IMG/VR virus record: IMGVR_UViG_3300012953_000105
Location: 1-32,843 of that record
Source of the DNA: a virus
Taxonomy: Duplodnaviria > Caudoviricetes
DNA length: 32,843 nucleotides
Reading direction: 5' to 3' (one strand)
Part shown: positions 9,701-19,900 of the stretch, piece after piece
Numbering within the stretch: position 1 is the first letter of the stretch
How the letters are laid out: each line of letters begins with the position of its first letter
Program-made: the position numbers and the translations under genes
Notes under the pieces: model-generated
Database searches by the model: none
Told to the model about the DNA's origin: nothing
What the model saw: the letters and a program-made list of their open reading frames with translations, nothing else

Positions 9701-12700
9701 GTGGAAATTCCAGCGCCGATATATCCGCCGACACCAGAGTAACGACGACCCCCGAACCAAATCTTTCCGGGAGTGTGGAATGACCCGAATGTCGCCAAGT
9801 CAGGGTGAGAACCACTTGGGACAGGAGTGGTCGGGGAAGTGATAATGCTAAAGCCTGACCTCGTAATAGCAGTGCCGTGCCACGGCTGTGATGCGGATGA
9901 GACCATCGAGCCGATGAAATTTGACCCCGTTGGGTAGACGCCCCCAGCGTTGTTTATTCCTCTCAGAGCGCGCCCACCAACTGCCCACCACTTACCGAGC
10001 CCAGGCATTGAATTAGTCCATGGGTCGGTAGTAGACCAGGCTGCAGCTCCTTCATTCGTGCGATAACGTGGGCCAGGTGCTAAACCGATGGGTGCAGTAT
10101 CCATAGCAGAGTTATAGTGAACGCCGCACTGGTACCGCCAATCTATATTCATGAAGTTTGATTTTCCACCGGTTATCTTAGAGCCGGACGCAACAGGATA
10201 GCCGCCTGGCATGAATTCAGGAATTTCATTATATGCTGCGACCTCACCGACGGAATCCGCTGCATCGTCAAAAAATAGCTTCGTATCTCCAGTATTCCAG
10301 TCTCCTGGTCCAAACTGAACAAAGCTTGGGTTGGCGGCGGTGTCACAGTGTGAAGCTCTGGAGCCGCCGTATACCGGGTTTTCCATCCACTGGCTCCACC
10401 TGTATTGCCGCATAAACGGTTTGCCCGTCAGATACTCTGCACTGGAATTTGTTGTTGCATCCCCGAATACATCGTACTCGGAAAATCTCCAGAAATTACC
10501 ATTTCCTGAGCCTGCGCCGGGATCCAAAAACATCGGATTTCCAACAGACCCTGTCTCTATTAAATTATCAGCCCCTAGATGCTCTCCAACGATCCCCCGC
10601 TGGGCTCGCTGATTGGCTGGCATGTACGTAGCCATGTAATTTGTCTTGTACTGGTCTGACGATGTCGTATAAAGAGGGTTATCGTTGTTTAGGCCTCCAT
10701 TGTCTCCAGCATAGAGCCTTGAAGCTGAATTCCAGCGTGAACGTGATCCTGCACCGAGTCGCGACCACCGTAGTAGCTGCTGCTTGTTATACCCGGTCAT
10801 CACCCAACTAGAATTGGTGGCGCCAAGCTTTATTGCTTGAGAATAAAATGATCTTGTAACAGGAAGTAATCGGCCGGCAGCATCTTTGCCTGTGCCGGAT
10901 GTTGCAGCCCGAGCTGGACCGACTACGGGCTGGCTACCCTCAGCGGCGGAAGAGCTAACGTAATAATTCTCTGGCGGAATAATCGCACCTGGGACAACTG
11001 CCTCAGTCGCTGCGTATCCAAAGTGGGTAATCTGCGCATAGGTTATTAACTCTCTATGAGTTGTTCGACTAGAACCAAGAAACTCTTGTGAGGTTTCCTG
11101 AAGACTGATTTTTCGGTTCCTCTCTGTTATTTGAAGCATGGTATTACCAGTAGGCGAATCGGTATTTTGGGTACCTATCCACGGTCCTAGTCCATCAGAA
11201 AATGCTTGCTCGAGAGTAGAAGATTGCTCTCCGGCATCGACAGCGAAGCCTGGAGAGGGTCCATTCTTGTCGCTGGTACCAGCTTGCCATCCTGGTAGCG
11301 TGTCGCCTCGGTTATAAAGCTCCCATTGCCCAATCGAGAGTGATGCATTTACTCGCTTATCGACTCCGGTAGATGTTGTTCTACCGGGCAGTCGCTCAAA
11401 GTTGTCTTTTGCTGGAGCACTAACAATTTCAGCTTGCCCACCAACAAACCTTGCCTTACCTTTTTTCTGGTGTAAAAGAAAGAAAGTATCACATCTCCAA
11501 AAAGGAGCGCCACCTGTCGTGTCTGGTGCTACGTTACTTGGAAGCGTTGATGGGTCACCAGAGCCTGAATCATACATGTGCGGAAGTGCACCAGGGTCTT
11601 GGCCCCTCCACTTGCCAGCTGTACTGTGCATGATGCCACCAGATGTTATCGTAAATGAATCTACGAAAGTTACGTAATTTCTGCACTCCCAGAACGGCTT
11701 TTGCCATCCGTCTGTTCTGTTTACAACACGATTTGATCGGGGACCGTCTCCTCGTGGGTCGCTACCAGAAGAAAAATAATTGTCATTTGTGATTTGATTC
11801 GGTGTGTAAGACCCTGTGACTAGTCCAGAGATACCGCCGAACAGCAGTTTGACAGCGCCACCTACTTCCACGCCGTCGCGTCGGCCGCGTCCCCAGCCAA
11901 GATCGACATCGGTGCTTGGTGCTCGCTCAATTTGTGGAAGAAATACACCAGCAGGAATGTTGTAGTACATCATTACCGAAGGATTAGAAGAATAATACCC
12001 AGTCGTAGATGTTAAGAAGTCTGGGAATTTTGATGGTACTTGTGGATAAACAGGCGGTGAGGTCGGCGACGGTGCTGGGTTCACATCAGCAGCGGCAGCG
12101 CTGGTGTACCCAGAGTTGGTCACGCCACGAAATTGAGAAAGCCCAACCCCGCTAAAAGATGACGCGGCGTTTGTGGTATCCTGGACGGCAAAAAGCCTGT
12201 CTTCACTCGTTGGGAATCCGCTGCCCGAACTTACCAGCCGAGTTCCGGGGGCGACTTCGTATTCCCAATTATAGGCTTGCCACCCACCGGCTGCTCCGCC
12301 CAAAAGCTCTTGATAAGCATAAGAAAAATCTGCTATTGCGGGACGAGTGGATCCACCAACAAATGTAGGGTAAGGATTCATGTGCGCTTGCGAAGTCAGC
12401 TGTGAGAGCTGTGCGTAACCAAGTAGCGCGGCGTCATTTTCACCGGAAAGAGATGGGTTAAGACCGTTTTGAAGCGTTTCCCCGCCTATCCATGAAAGAC
12501 CGAGGTTGACCCCCATCCTGGTTATATCTATCATGTTTTGGCGCCGGCGCGCGCCGACAGATCCTGTTCGAGTCAACGAAACATTCATAGACCTATAAAA
12601 CATCGACATTCCCGGGATGCCAGACTGCTTTAGCGTTTCGCCGAACACCAGGTCGGTGGCGTGTGGCATGTAAGTGTTATAGCGGTACCATTGACGAGCG

Positions 12701-15018
12701 GCGCGCCATCGACGGGGTGTTCGAATCGTTGTCGCAATGGAGGCTGGACCAGCTTCCTCAACTTCACCCTCAAACTCAACTGCTATCTTTTGAAGTAGAA
12801 ACGGCTCGTCTATATAATCTGATATTTTTAGAGTCTGGCCCGAGGAGCCTTCATACTGGTCTAAGTGGGGAAACCCGTACATCGAAGTCGGGCGGCCACG
12901 TGTTGGCAAATCCATCAGAGCGCGTTCACGCTCATCGGTAAAGATGCTAAAGCCCGCTGTACCACCGAATCCTATAGAGCACGAATGCAGCAAAAAGTCT
13001 CGTGCATCATTCCAAAAATTCAACCCTAACTGAGAAGGACCACCAAGGCCGCCCAGTGTATTAGCAGAACGCACATTGGAACCAGAGATTCCAGGCATAA
13101 ATTTACGATCCCACTTCTGCGTTTCAAAATTGTAGTACGCCATCGATGCAATGCGGCCCTGGGCTGCATCAACACCCATAACAGCATCTTCTATCGTGGG
13201 AATAGGTATCTCAATCCGGACGATGTCTCCTAATCGCTGATTAAGACCTTCTATAACTGATTCCGGTGTTGCTATCTCATTTATCGCTTCGGCATTGGGA
13301 GGCGCAGCGTTATCATCAAAGGGTGATATGTGGCCGCCCAAAGCAGCGTCTAAAGCACCAGATAGACTCTGGCCGATGCCGGTGCCGTATCCTTTGACAG
13401 ATATTTTATTTAGTATCTCAGTTTCTCTATGTGCCACACCAGGGTATTGAGCACCAGTTGTTACTAGTCTCCATTCGAATGGAGTACTCATAATATCTTT
13501 AAACTGGCCGTCCTTAAGCGGTACCTCGTGGAGGGTCCCACGCATATATTTGGTTGAAGGAAAAAATCCTTCTTGCGTTCCACTACCGAAAAGATAAGGA
13601 AAATATGAGCTGCCATAGCCAAGCGCTTTATTCGGGTTGGCGTCAGTCTGTAATCGCTTTCCACCAAAGTACCCACCGGATCCAGAATATAGCCGAGCAG
13701 GAATCATTTCTGGATAGACCATCGGCTCTATTAACCCAAAATTCTTTTCGATCATTGAGTTATAGGGGTCCTGTGACTTGTCAAGTCTTTTACCCGTTGT
13801 TTTTGTTTGGGCGGGGTAAGCATCCATTGAATCGAATATTTGCTGGACTCTTTTTACAGGACGATTATCGAGGCCGGATTTATACGGATTTTCTAAAAGG
13901 TGCGCTTTTGCGATGCTTTTTATAGTATCATCATTGAGCGCTCCTGCCCAGCAAGCAAACTCGGCAAGATTAACACCTTCTATAAAATCATTTAGTGTGT
14001 AGTCGGTGTTTACACCGCCGCCGTCTTCGCCGTACCCAATAATCGCCCTTGGCGTACCCGTGAGAGCACGAAATCCGACAAAATTTGTAGTGTCGTTGGT
14101 TGCCGTAGCAACTTGCGCGCCTGTCTTCATTGAGAATATTTGAATTTCTTGGCGTAGCACATTGTTGTTTGTGGTAGGATCATAGGGCAGAGCAAAACGA
14201 AGAAAAACCGTGTACCACTCGTCTTCAACAAGACCGTAACTCCCGGCGGAGATGGAGAGGGTATAGGCCGTACCGTTAGCATCAAGGAGCATAAACTCAA
14301 CGTAGCATGTGCTGGTTGAAGAATCGTACGGTGTTGATGAATTGGGCGCTCCGACGATATTCATTTGCATCGCGGTTTGACTGGCGTATATGTTATGACC
14401 AGCTGCGCCAGCGATGGCGAAAGCGCATTTGTCTCTCCTGTGGGATGCTGTTTGTCGGCCCGAGTCTACCATCACTCTAAACATGTACGTCTGACCGTCG
14501 TAATTTCCGTACACGGCGCCGGCATTGCCGTTTGAGTTCGGGCCTAAATTACTAGGTGACATGCTAGATGCATCATCAAGCTGAACAAAGCATCTCTGAG
14601 GAAGCTTTACTCGACCTAAAGACAAAGCCTTCTGAACATACTCTGCGTGCATTTTTGCATCAGATCCCTCAAAATTAATCTGTGTAATTGCTGGGGGCTT
14701 GTATATTTTTTGACGATTATTCATGCCAACTAATACACCCGATTCAATCGCACTATTACCTGCATCGGACTCGATTCCGCGACGGAAGTTCCACAAGTTT
14801 GAAGAGTCTGCTCTATCTATTAATTGGGAATTACCCGGAGCCTTACCGAACTGGTTAAACCTGACATTCGAAACAAGCTTAGGGCTTGATACAGATATCA
14901 TATCATTCGTATTTCGAACCGACTCGAATTTAGTCAGGCGGACTTTTCCCTTACCAGGCGTACCCTGCACAGAGTCGCTAGCTAAATCAGGTACAAATGT
15001 CTTATTATTTATTCTCAT
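6730..15018 (-). CDS. Giant putative virion protein (2762 aa) with N-terminal LamG/concanavalin-A-like domain; function unknown
   Basis: Uninterrupted 8.3-kb ORF abutting the upstream stop (TAAATG) with GGTGAT SD. N-terminal EDEWYTVFLRF...IIGYG...LAEFACWAGALNDDTIKSI resembles the LamG pattern. G/S/T/P/W-rich middle. Located in the structural module. Confidence 0.65.
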   Translation of the reverse strand: MRINNKTFVPDLASDSVQGTPGKGKVRLTKFESVRNTNDMISVSSPKLVSNVRFNQFGKAPGNSQLIDRADSSNLWNFRRGIESDAGNSAIESGVLVGMNNRQKIYKPPAITQINFEGSDAKMHAEYVQKALSLGRVKLPQRCFVQLDDASSMSPSNLGPNSNGNAGAVYGNYDGQTYMFRVMVDSGRQTASHRRDKCAFAIAGAAGHNIYASQTAMQMNIVGAPNSSTPYDSSTSTCYVEFMLLDANGTAYTLSISAGSYGLVEDEWYTVFLRFALPYDPTTNNNVLRQEIQIFSMKTGAQVATATNDTTNFVGFRALTGTPRAIIGYGEDGGGVNTDYTLNDFIEGVNLAEFACWAGALNDDTIKSIAKAHLLENPYKSGLDNRPVKRVQQIFDSMDAYPAQTKTTGKRLDKSQDPYNSMIEKNFGLIEPMVYPEMIPARLYSGSGGYFGGKRLQTDANPNKALGYGSSYFPYLFGSGTQEGFFPSTKYMRGTLHEVPLKDGQFKDIMSTPFEWRLVTTGAQYPGVAHRETEILNKISVKGYGTGIGQSLSGALDAALGGHISPFDDNAAPPNAEAINEIATPESVIEGLNQRLGDIVRIEIPIPTIEDAVMGVDAAQGRIASMAYYNFETQKWDRKFMPGISGSNVRSANTLGGLGGPSQLGLNFWNDARDFLLHSCSIGFGGTAGFSIFTDERERALMDLPTRGRPTSMYGFPHLDQYEGSSGQTLKISDYIDEPFLLQKIAVEFEGEVEEAGPASIATTIRTPRRWRAARQWYRYNTYMPHATDLVFGETLKQSGIPGMSMFYRSMNVSLTRTGSVGARRRQNMIDITRMGVNLGLSWIGGETLQNGLNPSLSGENDAALLGYAQLSQLTSQAHMNPYPTFVGGSTRPAIADFSYAYQELLGGAAGGWQAYNWEYEVAPGTRLVSSGSGFPTSEDRLFAVQDTTNAASSFSGVGLSQFRGVTNSGYTSAAAADVNPAPSPTSPPVYPQVPSKFPDFLTSTTGYYSSNPSVMMYYNIPAGVFLPQIERAPSTDVDLGWGRGRRDGVEVGGAVKLLFGGISGLVTGSYTPNQITNDNYFSSGSDPRGDGPRSNRVVNRTDGWQKPFWECRNYVTFVDSFTITSGGIMHSTAGKWRGQDPGALPHMYDSGSGDPSTLPSNVAPDTTGGAPFWRCDTFFLLHQKKGKARFVGGQAEIVSAPAKDNFERLPGRTTSTGVDKRVNASLSIGQWELYNRGDTLPGWQAGTSDKNGPSPGFAVDAGEQSSTLEQAFSDGLGPWIGTQNTDSPTGNTMLQITERNRKISLQETSQEFLGSSRTTHRELITYAQITHFGYAATEAVVPGAIIPPENYYVSSSAAEGSQPVVGPARAATSGTGKDAAGRLLPVTRSFYSQAIKLGATNSSWVMTGYNKQQLLRWSRLGAGSRSRWNSASRLYAGDNGGLNNDNPLYTTSSDQYKTNYMATYMPANQRAQRGIVGEHLGADNLIETGSVGNPMFLDPGAGSGNGNFWRFSEYDVFGDATTNSSAEYLTGKPFMRQYRWSQWMENPVYGGSRASHCDTAANPSFVQFGPGDWNTGDTKLFFDDAADSVGEVAAYNEIPEFMPGGYPVASGSKITGGKSNFMNIDWRYQCGVHYNSAMDTAPIGLAPGPRYRTNEGAAAWSTTDPWTNSMPGLGKWWAVGGRALRGINNAGGVYPTGSNFIGSMVSSASQPWHGTAITRSGFSIITSPTTPVPSGSHPDLATFGSFHTPGKIWFGGRRYSGVGGYIGAGISTALNAHARDRYFTSSNPIKVPSWLDAGLSRDLDIEVGWKFTHAAKEIGDGVAGFTILTASTVFPPGDLAGRFNGDHKLRATFKERRLLNAGNFRVVADIKSQPAAAVDSAALFCFTAPAERQYLVGTGSVPFGGLYNENGQTTPTTRTFQQLSFGDNSRFSNDRIWWRAHAIDAGYIGNTTATAWTALLGEDPQLSSPRRYVAAVGGNEPVNQINLSSSVRAMLPTQIPQFAPGPGLFRTSFGPNQNFASQWAQPVSKAPSNLALFDGRMIMSGVGATNFTLGLTETPRGLTAGEWSKAYTPIVSASLSTDKPTTSLYLLMPGDEIVLGFQPSLHGSNRGNNTIPANPNVNPYGPWRDGIVDRQGIPTGSAYNPEYDYYQSGGQPRPELNDSRGQGGYALRRGPNKVIGGKSINNANMETLYEPRSSFTIKKSAGAKLVLYGTLLRNKKHVPPQSNLSSQNTAAIHEAIMGKPITDQYQIATRSELSGSYIARLCTGSILLHQRNSLAMGLPIFGSDGNSATGPFSPYNPGASGSFVPLGGPWWLPINQPGTTAVAQNAGNGERGVYRPNMRFNTRIWKGLGGPNQPGWTQTDQSVPPNITANQSIYWPIAPNSAAFSMGISGSVQRFVRLRDDSEFYYDSLIPNPTPMFAIDLDMSGSALTSATYHHIKKVPIQTWRSAKWSMFNIGGAAHGSNSSQTVSEFLPGHIPSNPYWNSSYPFEERYKNVRRLTNMGPSMGTTGSAPIVLIQQRIPPPDGGELQGGSAALAFSGSVVAASTIRVAMEGGAFSEYPAILGRAREFYNGIPAGQTHAGFSERGATVLAQAALFGFWKTKHGDGPPLPTLGLNTQYGFIGSAARNYGIADHPSGWKYGLMNYKKTASTAVFRSDRYGQLRDMLEQRQYTKFWDAGDETNPSGIQEPSVSCIFVDGDGNPLAEPRLTTCFNVSSEMTSSVPYKEGVTARAFLFSSETVSITPLVQSFTASPFLTGID

Positions 15019-16929
15019 TTACCAATCACCGTATACAATTGAACCAGCTTTTTTCCCGAAGTAAAATCCATAGTTTGCTCTTTCTTCAAGAGGGTTTGTC
15101 AGGGTGTTGCAAGAATCAGCATTTAACTCTTCTAAGGCAGACACCATTGGGTCCTGTGTTTTTCCTCCACGCACTTCAAAAAACTGCGCTGAAAAGACTG
15201 CTTTCACCTCTTCGGCCGACAAGGCTTTATTCCAAACAGCGGCATTTGAAATACCACCTGCCCAGCGCCAGAATTCACTGGACGAATCTTGTGCAGCACC
15301 AATTTTAGCTTCATTTACCAAGATGCTCGCATTATCACCCGAGAGTGTATTCGCCTGATTATCACTGCTGGCTGGATTTATCAATTCACCGTTTATATAC
15401 ACTTTCATGAGCGCCTCGGCGTTGTGGGAGGACCCATCGAATTTTGAAAATTCACCTGTACAGAGAATGTGGGTCCACCCTCCGTTCCCGCCATTTAGTA
15501 CCGTATTCGCAGCCGAGGTTATGCGATAATAATTCCCACCTGACTTGCGGACCCATTGCATCGAGCCGTCAGCCTTGACCCAGATATAAATGCTACCACC
15601 GTACGTCGATGCCGGGGACCTGATGTCACCGATAATCATGGCTATGCCAGTATCGGCAGAGTACGATCCTCGAACCCAGATTGATATCGAAATGTCTTTT
15701 AAAGTGTTGCTGTTGGCGCCAAAATTACCACCAACAAGTTCATCCCATGTAGATCCGTCTCCCGAATTAAATCCAGTAATCTTTACAGACGCACCGACCG
15801 AGGTGCCGGCGAAGGAAAAAGAGCTAGGGTAAATATATGACAAACTGTTGGCGTAATTCGCAGCTGGGTTGGTTGTGGTATATCCACAAGTGACGCCAGC
15901 ATTTCCTATCGCACCCGTCATAGCTAGCGTGGCGCTGTCTATGGCTACAAGACTTCCAACCGGTTCATCAAGAGGCCACCAACCGATGAGATTTGCAGAG
16001 GATTGATACCTGTTTTCTTGAACATTAAATGCTGGAAAAAGTTTGGTGGTAAAATCACTAGTTAGGTTGTACTTCTTCTGCTCCAAGAACGTAGACGGTG
16101 GGTTTCCCTTAGTGATTTTTGAGTATAACAGCTTGTGATAGTCTCTATCTACTGCCGGGTATGTCGTTTCATCCACAAGCCCTAAATATCCTGGCGCTGG
16201 TACCACAGAATTAGGGTCGGTCCATGATGAGGACGCTGCTGTAAATGTCATTCTAGCCAATACAGGGATGTCTCTCGCTCTATCTCTTGACATCTCATTG
16301 GGGCCATCGAAAAAAGGTGATATAGGGTGGTCTGATCTTTTCCAGCTATCAGATATTTCATAGCTGCCGAATGGATTCTCAGAAAATGACCCTACTAATG
16401 CACCTCTTGGAGCGCGTCCTTCATAACGTGTATCTACTTGACCAAGTATCTCAGTACGAACATCAAAAACTTCTATGACTCCATCAAACTCGTGATCCGG
16501 CAAGCTGCCTACATTCCAAAGATTTGCAGGCCAAAGCGTATGACCAGGGTCCTGGATATAAGACACGGGATCAAACCCGCTAATGTCTGCAAACGGTTCG
16601 CCTTTTTGTATTGTTGGTGCCTGTCCGAAAGTCATCCTTTCCAAATCGAAACCGATTCTTGTAGTGATGATAGACCCACTAACACCTCGCATATCGGAGG
16701 TGTCGTTATTTATTACAAGAGAATCATCGAACTGGTCTTCTGATAACGGCTTAGAGCTCTTATAGAGCTTTGTCCTATTTCCGGACCCAATACGAGGAAG
16801 AAGGCTACCGAAATAAGAAGCATTCGTGTTAGCATAAATGCCCTGATAAGAGTATATAATTGAGCCAGACGGAGATGCTGTTGATCCCTTTGTCCTGCTG
16901 CCGCTTAAAACTCTTTGCGTTTTTGCCAT
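15019..16929 (-). CDS. Virion protein with LamG-like (concanavalin A-like lectin/glucanase) domain (636 aa)
   Basis: NLIGWWPLDE...ISISIWVR...WTHILCT...MKVYINGEL...KIGA...WAGGISNAAVWNKALSAEEVKAVF is the classic LamG_3-type signature (~15190-15995). TAATG overlap with the upstream gene. Confidence 0.8.
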   Translation of the reverse strand: MAKTQRVLSGSRTKGSTASPSGSIIYSYQGIYANTNASYFGSLLPRIGSGNRTKLYKSSKPLSEDQFDDSLVINNDTSDMRGVSGSIITTRIGFDLERMTFGQAPTIQKGEPFADISGFDPVSYIQDPGHTLWPANLWNVGSLPDHEFDGVIEVFDVRTEILGQVDTRYEGRAPRGALVGSFSENPFGSYEISDSWKRSDHPISPFFDGPNEMSRDRARDIPVLARMTFTAASSSWTDPNSVVPAPGYLGLVDETTYPAVDRDYHKLLYSKITKGNPPSTFLEQKKYNLTSDFTTKLFPAFNVQENRYQSSANLIGWWPLDEPVGSLVAIDSATLAMTGAIGNAGVTCGYTTTNPAANYANSLSYIYPSSFSFAGTSVGASVKITGFNSGDGSTWDELVGGNFGANSNTLKDISISIWVRGSYSADTGIAMIIGDIRSPASTYGGSIYIWVKADGSMQWVRKSGGNYYRITSAANTVLNGGNGGWTHILCTGEFSKFDGSSHNAEALMKVYINGELINPASSDNQANTLSGDNASILVNEAKIGAAQDSSSEFWRWAGGISNAAVWNKALSAEEVKAVFSAQFFEVRGGKTQDPMVSALEELNADSCNTLTNPLEERANYGFYFGKKAGSIVYGDW

Positions 16930-19900
16930 TATATCTTCCTAACCTGCGCTATCAGCTGTCTTAAAAGAATAATCCCTTTCAGGTTTCTTCTAGTACTTTC
17001 TCCAAGATAAACGTCACCGTAACCGTGAGCGACCTTCGCTCTTTCCAGCGCATGACTTTCTAAGATGAAGTTAAACCCAAGATAATTTGTCTTCCTCGGA
17101 ATAAGATTTTCGATCATAACGTCAAATGAGTCATCCAGCCACCTGAAGAAATCAAAGAAATTCTTATAGTTTACTGTATCTGTAAGTCTGTTGAAATAAA
17201 CTTTTCGAAGGTCTGCTAAACCGGGATACTCTTCTGCGAACATTAATTCTGGGGCACCGAGAATATTGTCTAGAGAATCAAGCGTAGCAAATATCTGCAT
17301 TATATCTTCATTTAGCGCTTGCATGACTGAAAACTCTATTGAAAATCTTGAGTCGTCCTTCGGCTCATAAGCTCGGGGCATTTCATAAACAGGTCCGGGT
17401 CGACCACCGATCTCAAAAAGATTTTTTCCTTGAGTAAACCCCTGGACCCTTACCTTGTTTTCTTGTGTGACCTCATCGTAATACGAAGATAATGCGCTAA
17501 AGTCGAATCTTTCAGGAATTATGATCTGTTTGCTCGTCTCAAAACCTCTTAGAATTGCACCGTATTCTGAGGCTGTCGTGAATAACGCACCTCCATCTAG
17601 ACCAGCCAGCCCATCGAGCGTTGGAACAGATTTTCTGTTTAGCTTGGATTGCTGTGAAAAGTCAATTAGCTTTAGAGTACCATCAGATAAAGATTTTGTA
17701 AGAGGTTGATCACATGATATATCTAGCCTTAATCTGTTAAAAGAGCCCGTAGCGCTTTGTGTAAAAGAGAAATTCTTCAACGGATCTTCGACGCCCAAAG
17801 ACTTGAAGTTTAAGACGTGCTCTTTTACTTCTGAGCGGGTTAAAGCTTTAGAGAAGAACCTGATATGACTCGCTCTTCCGGCGAAATTAGTTGTGCGAGG
17901 GGCTGAAGCTGACACTTCTTGATGACTGTTTAGATATCCAATAGAGGAGTCAATCCCCAATGATTGTGACCCTATTACTATAAATGAGCCAGACTTATTA
18001 TCTGTCGTTATTCTTTGGAATAGGTTTTTGTTTGGATCAGCTGCTTCTGCCCATGCAGATGATGTCGTATAGAACTCTCTAATCGTACCGTTTTCTTGTC
18101 TAGCTACATTCAAAAAGTAGCTTGAGGACACCGCGTTACCAATCTGGTCACATCTGGTACGACCTGCTGATACATACCACTTGTCTCCTGAAAACACATT
18201 TACACCACTTAGCGTAAGCTCTATCAGTGGGGCAGCTTGCTCACTGCCCGACTTCCATCCAGGACGAGCAAAAAGCTTAACGTTATAATTTGCTGGATCA
18301 GCCACGACATTAAGGAGCAGCGGTTGTTCCGCAGCGGCATCACCGGTTCTCGAGCCCGCGCCAGTTGTGTGTAGACGAAATAGGCTTTGTGGCTTTGCCA
18401 TCATGTCCCACTCTATAATGGGGGGAAACTTAAACCTGCCCTCTATGGTCCAGCTACCAGATGTTAATAACCCATCACTTTTGCCGGTGGAAATTCCCCA
18501 AGGAAAGTATGGTTTTCTTATGCTACCGTCTTCAAAAAAAGCGTAATCTTTATCTACAAATGTAGAGCCATCAGAAAGCGGTGGCCATCCAAACTCAACC
18601 CGCGATGAGGAAAGGTATGTCGATATAAGGTTTGATCGATTTGAATAAAATCCTTGTGCCTGTAGACTTATGCCTCCGCCAGCTAAACTACCAGAAAAAT
18701 CAGTCATGGTAGAAATTTCTGTTATCTTCTGTCTTGAGCTTCCAAGTCTAAACTCTGGGGAGCCGCCATATTCAATAAATCGAAACATTCTGTTGGGATC
18801 GATTCCAGCTGCACGAAACAGTGATTTTATAGCGTGAGTGGTCCCTTTTGACGAGAATATTTCTCTTAAGTTAATAAGAACGCGCCGCCACATTTCATTT
18901 TGTACCTCAATAAGGCTTCCTACAGGCATATCTCCTGTAACATCCTCACCATGAAATAGCTGGTTATGTGTGGCGTTTCTATACATATTGGGGAGCTTAA
19001 ACCCATAATAATCAGCCAAGAACGGCAAGAATTGATCAGCTATGGACTCTTCTTTGTCATAGTCTATATGAACCAGATTACTGACATGATCCAGCATTTG
19101 CTTTAGCTCGTCAAACTCCCTTGCCCACATAAATAACAGCGAAGATATTATCTGGGGCTGGCCCATCTTGGCGCCACCTGGTGCGGAAGTCGCCTCAGGT
19201 TGATTTGCTGCATCTTTTATGCCCTCTAACGTGGTACCGTCCGCATTTCCTCCGACACTATAGTCTGATTGTGCAGCCATTTCCATATAATGAGCAGGAA
19301 TGAGCTTCGTAATTAAGTTCGGGTTGTTTGCGTCATATTGAGATGCGCTCATGAGCAGACCCTGGTTAAGATCGACTACATCTGGAAAAGAAGGGAATAA
19401 AACAGGACTTAAAACAGCGTTGTCAAATCTTTGCAAAGAATTATATGGCTTTTCAGAGCGCACATCTAAAGAATAATTTGAGATTCTTGAATGTAGAGAA
19501 TTTCCACTATGGTCTAAGACAACATTCTTGTTCGTGTAAGAACCGGTAGGTTCGTTAAACCGCATGTTCATCAAAAGACCTTCAGCGTCGGCAAATACGG
19601 TACGAGGGTTATAGTAGTCTAATTGCTTTTTGGTCCTTGCTTTGTTCCACACTCTAAACCGATTTATAGATCCGCTGAAAGTTAGAGCTGGCGTAAACAA
19701 TACTTTCCCATCATCGCATGTCAGCTGAGAACCGGTACCGATAAGAAAAGAGTTTCCTAATGTATTTAACGATCCAAAAGTAAAGCGTGGTGACTGCGAA
19801 ACGACGGTCGTTCCGCTGACTATTTGTATTCTCTTAACGCGGCTATTTCTGTTATACCCAAAACCGAGACTATAAAACTTTCCCTTTTCCATGACGTAGC

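Noticed and set aside
6730-15018. Tape-measure protein, intein-containing protein or virion RNA polymerase as the identity of the 2762-aa ORF
   Set aside because: It is Gly/Pro-rich rather than helical Ala/Leu-rich. No intein C...HN-C/S/T with LAGLIDADG signature and no DxDGD-type polymerase motif in a convincing context was seen.
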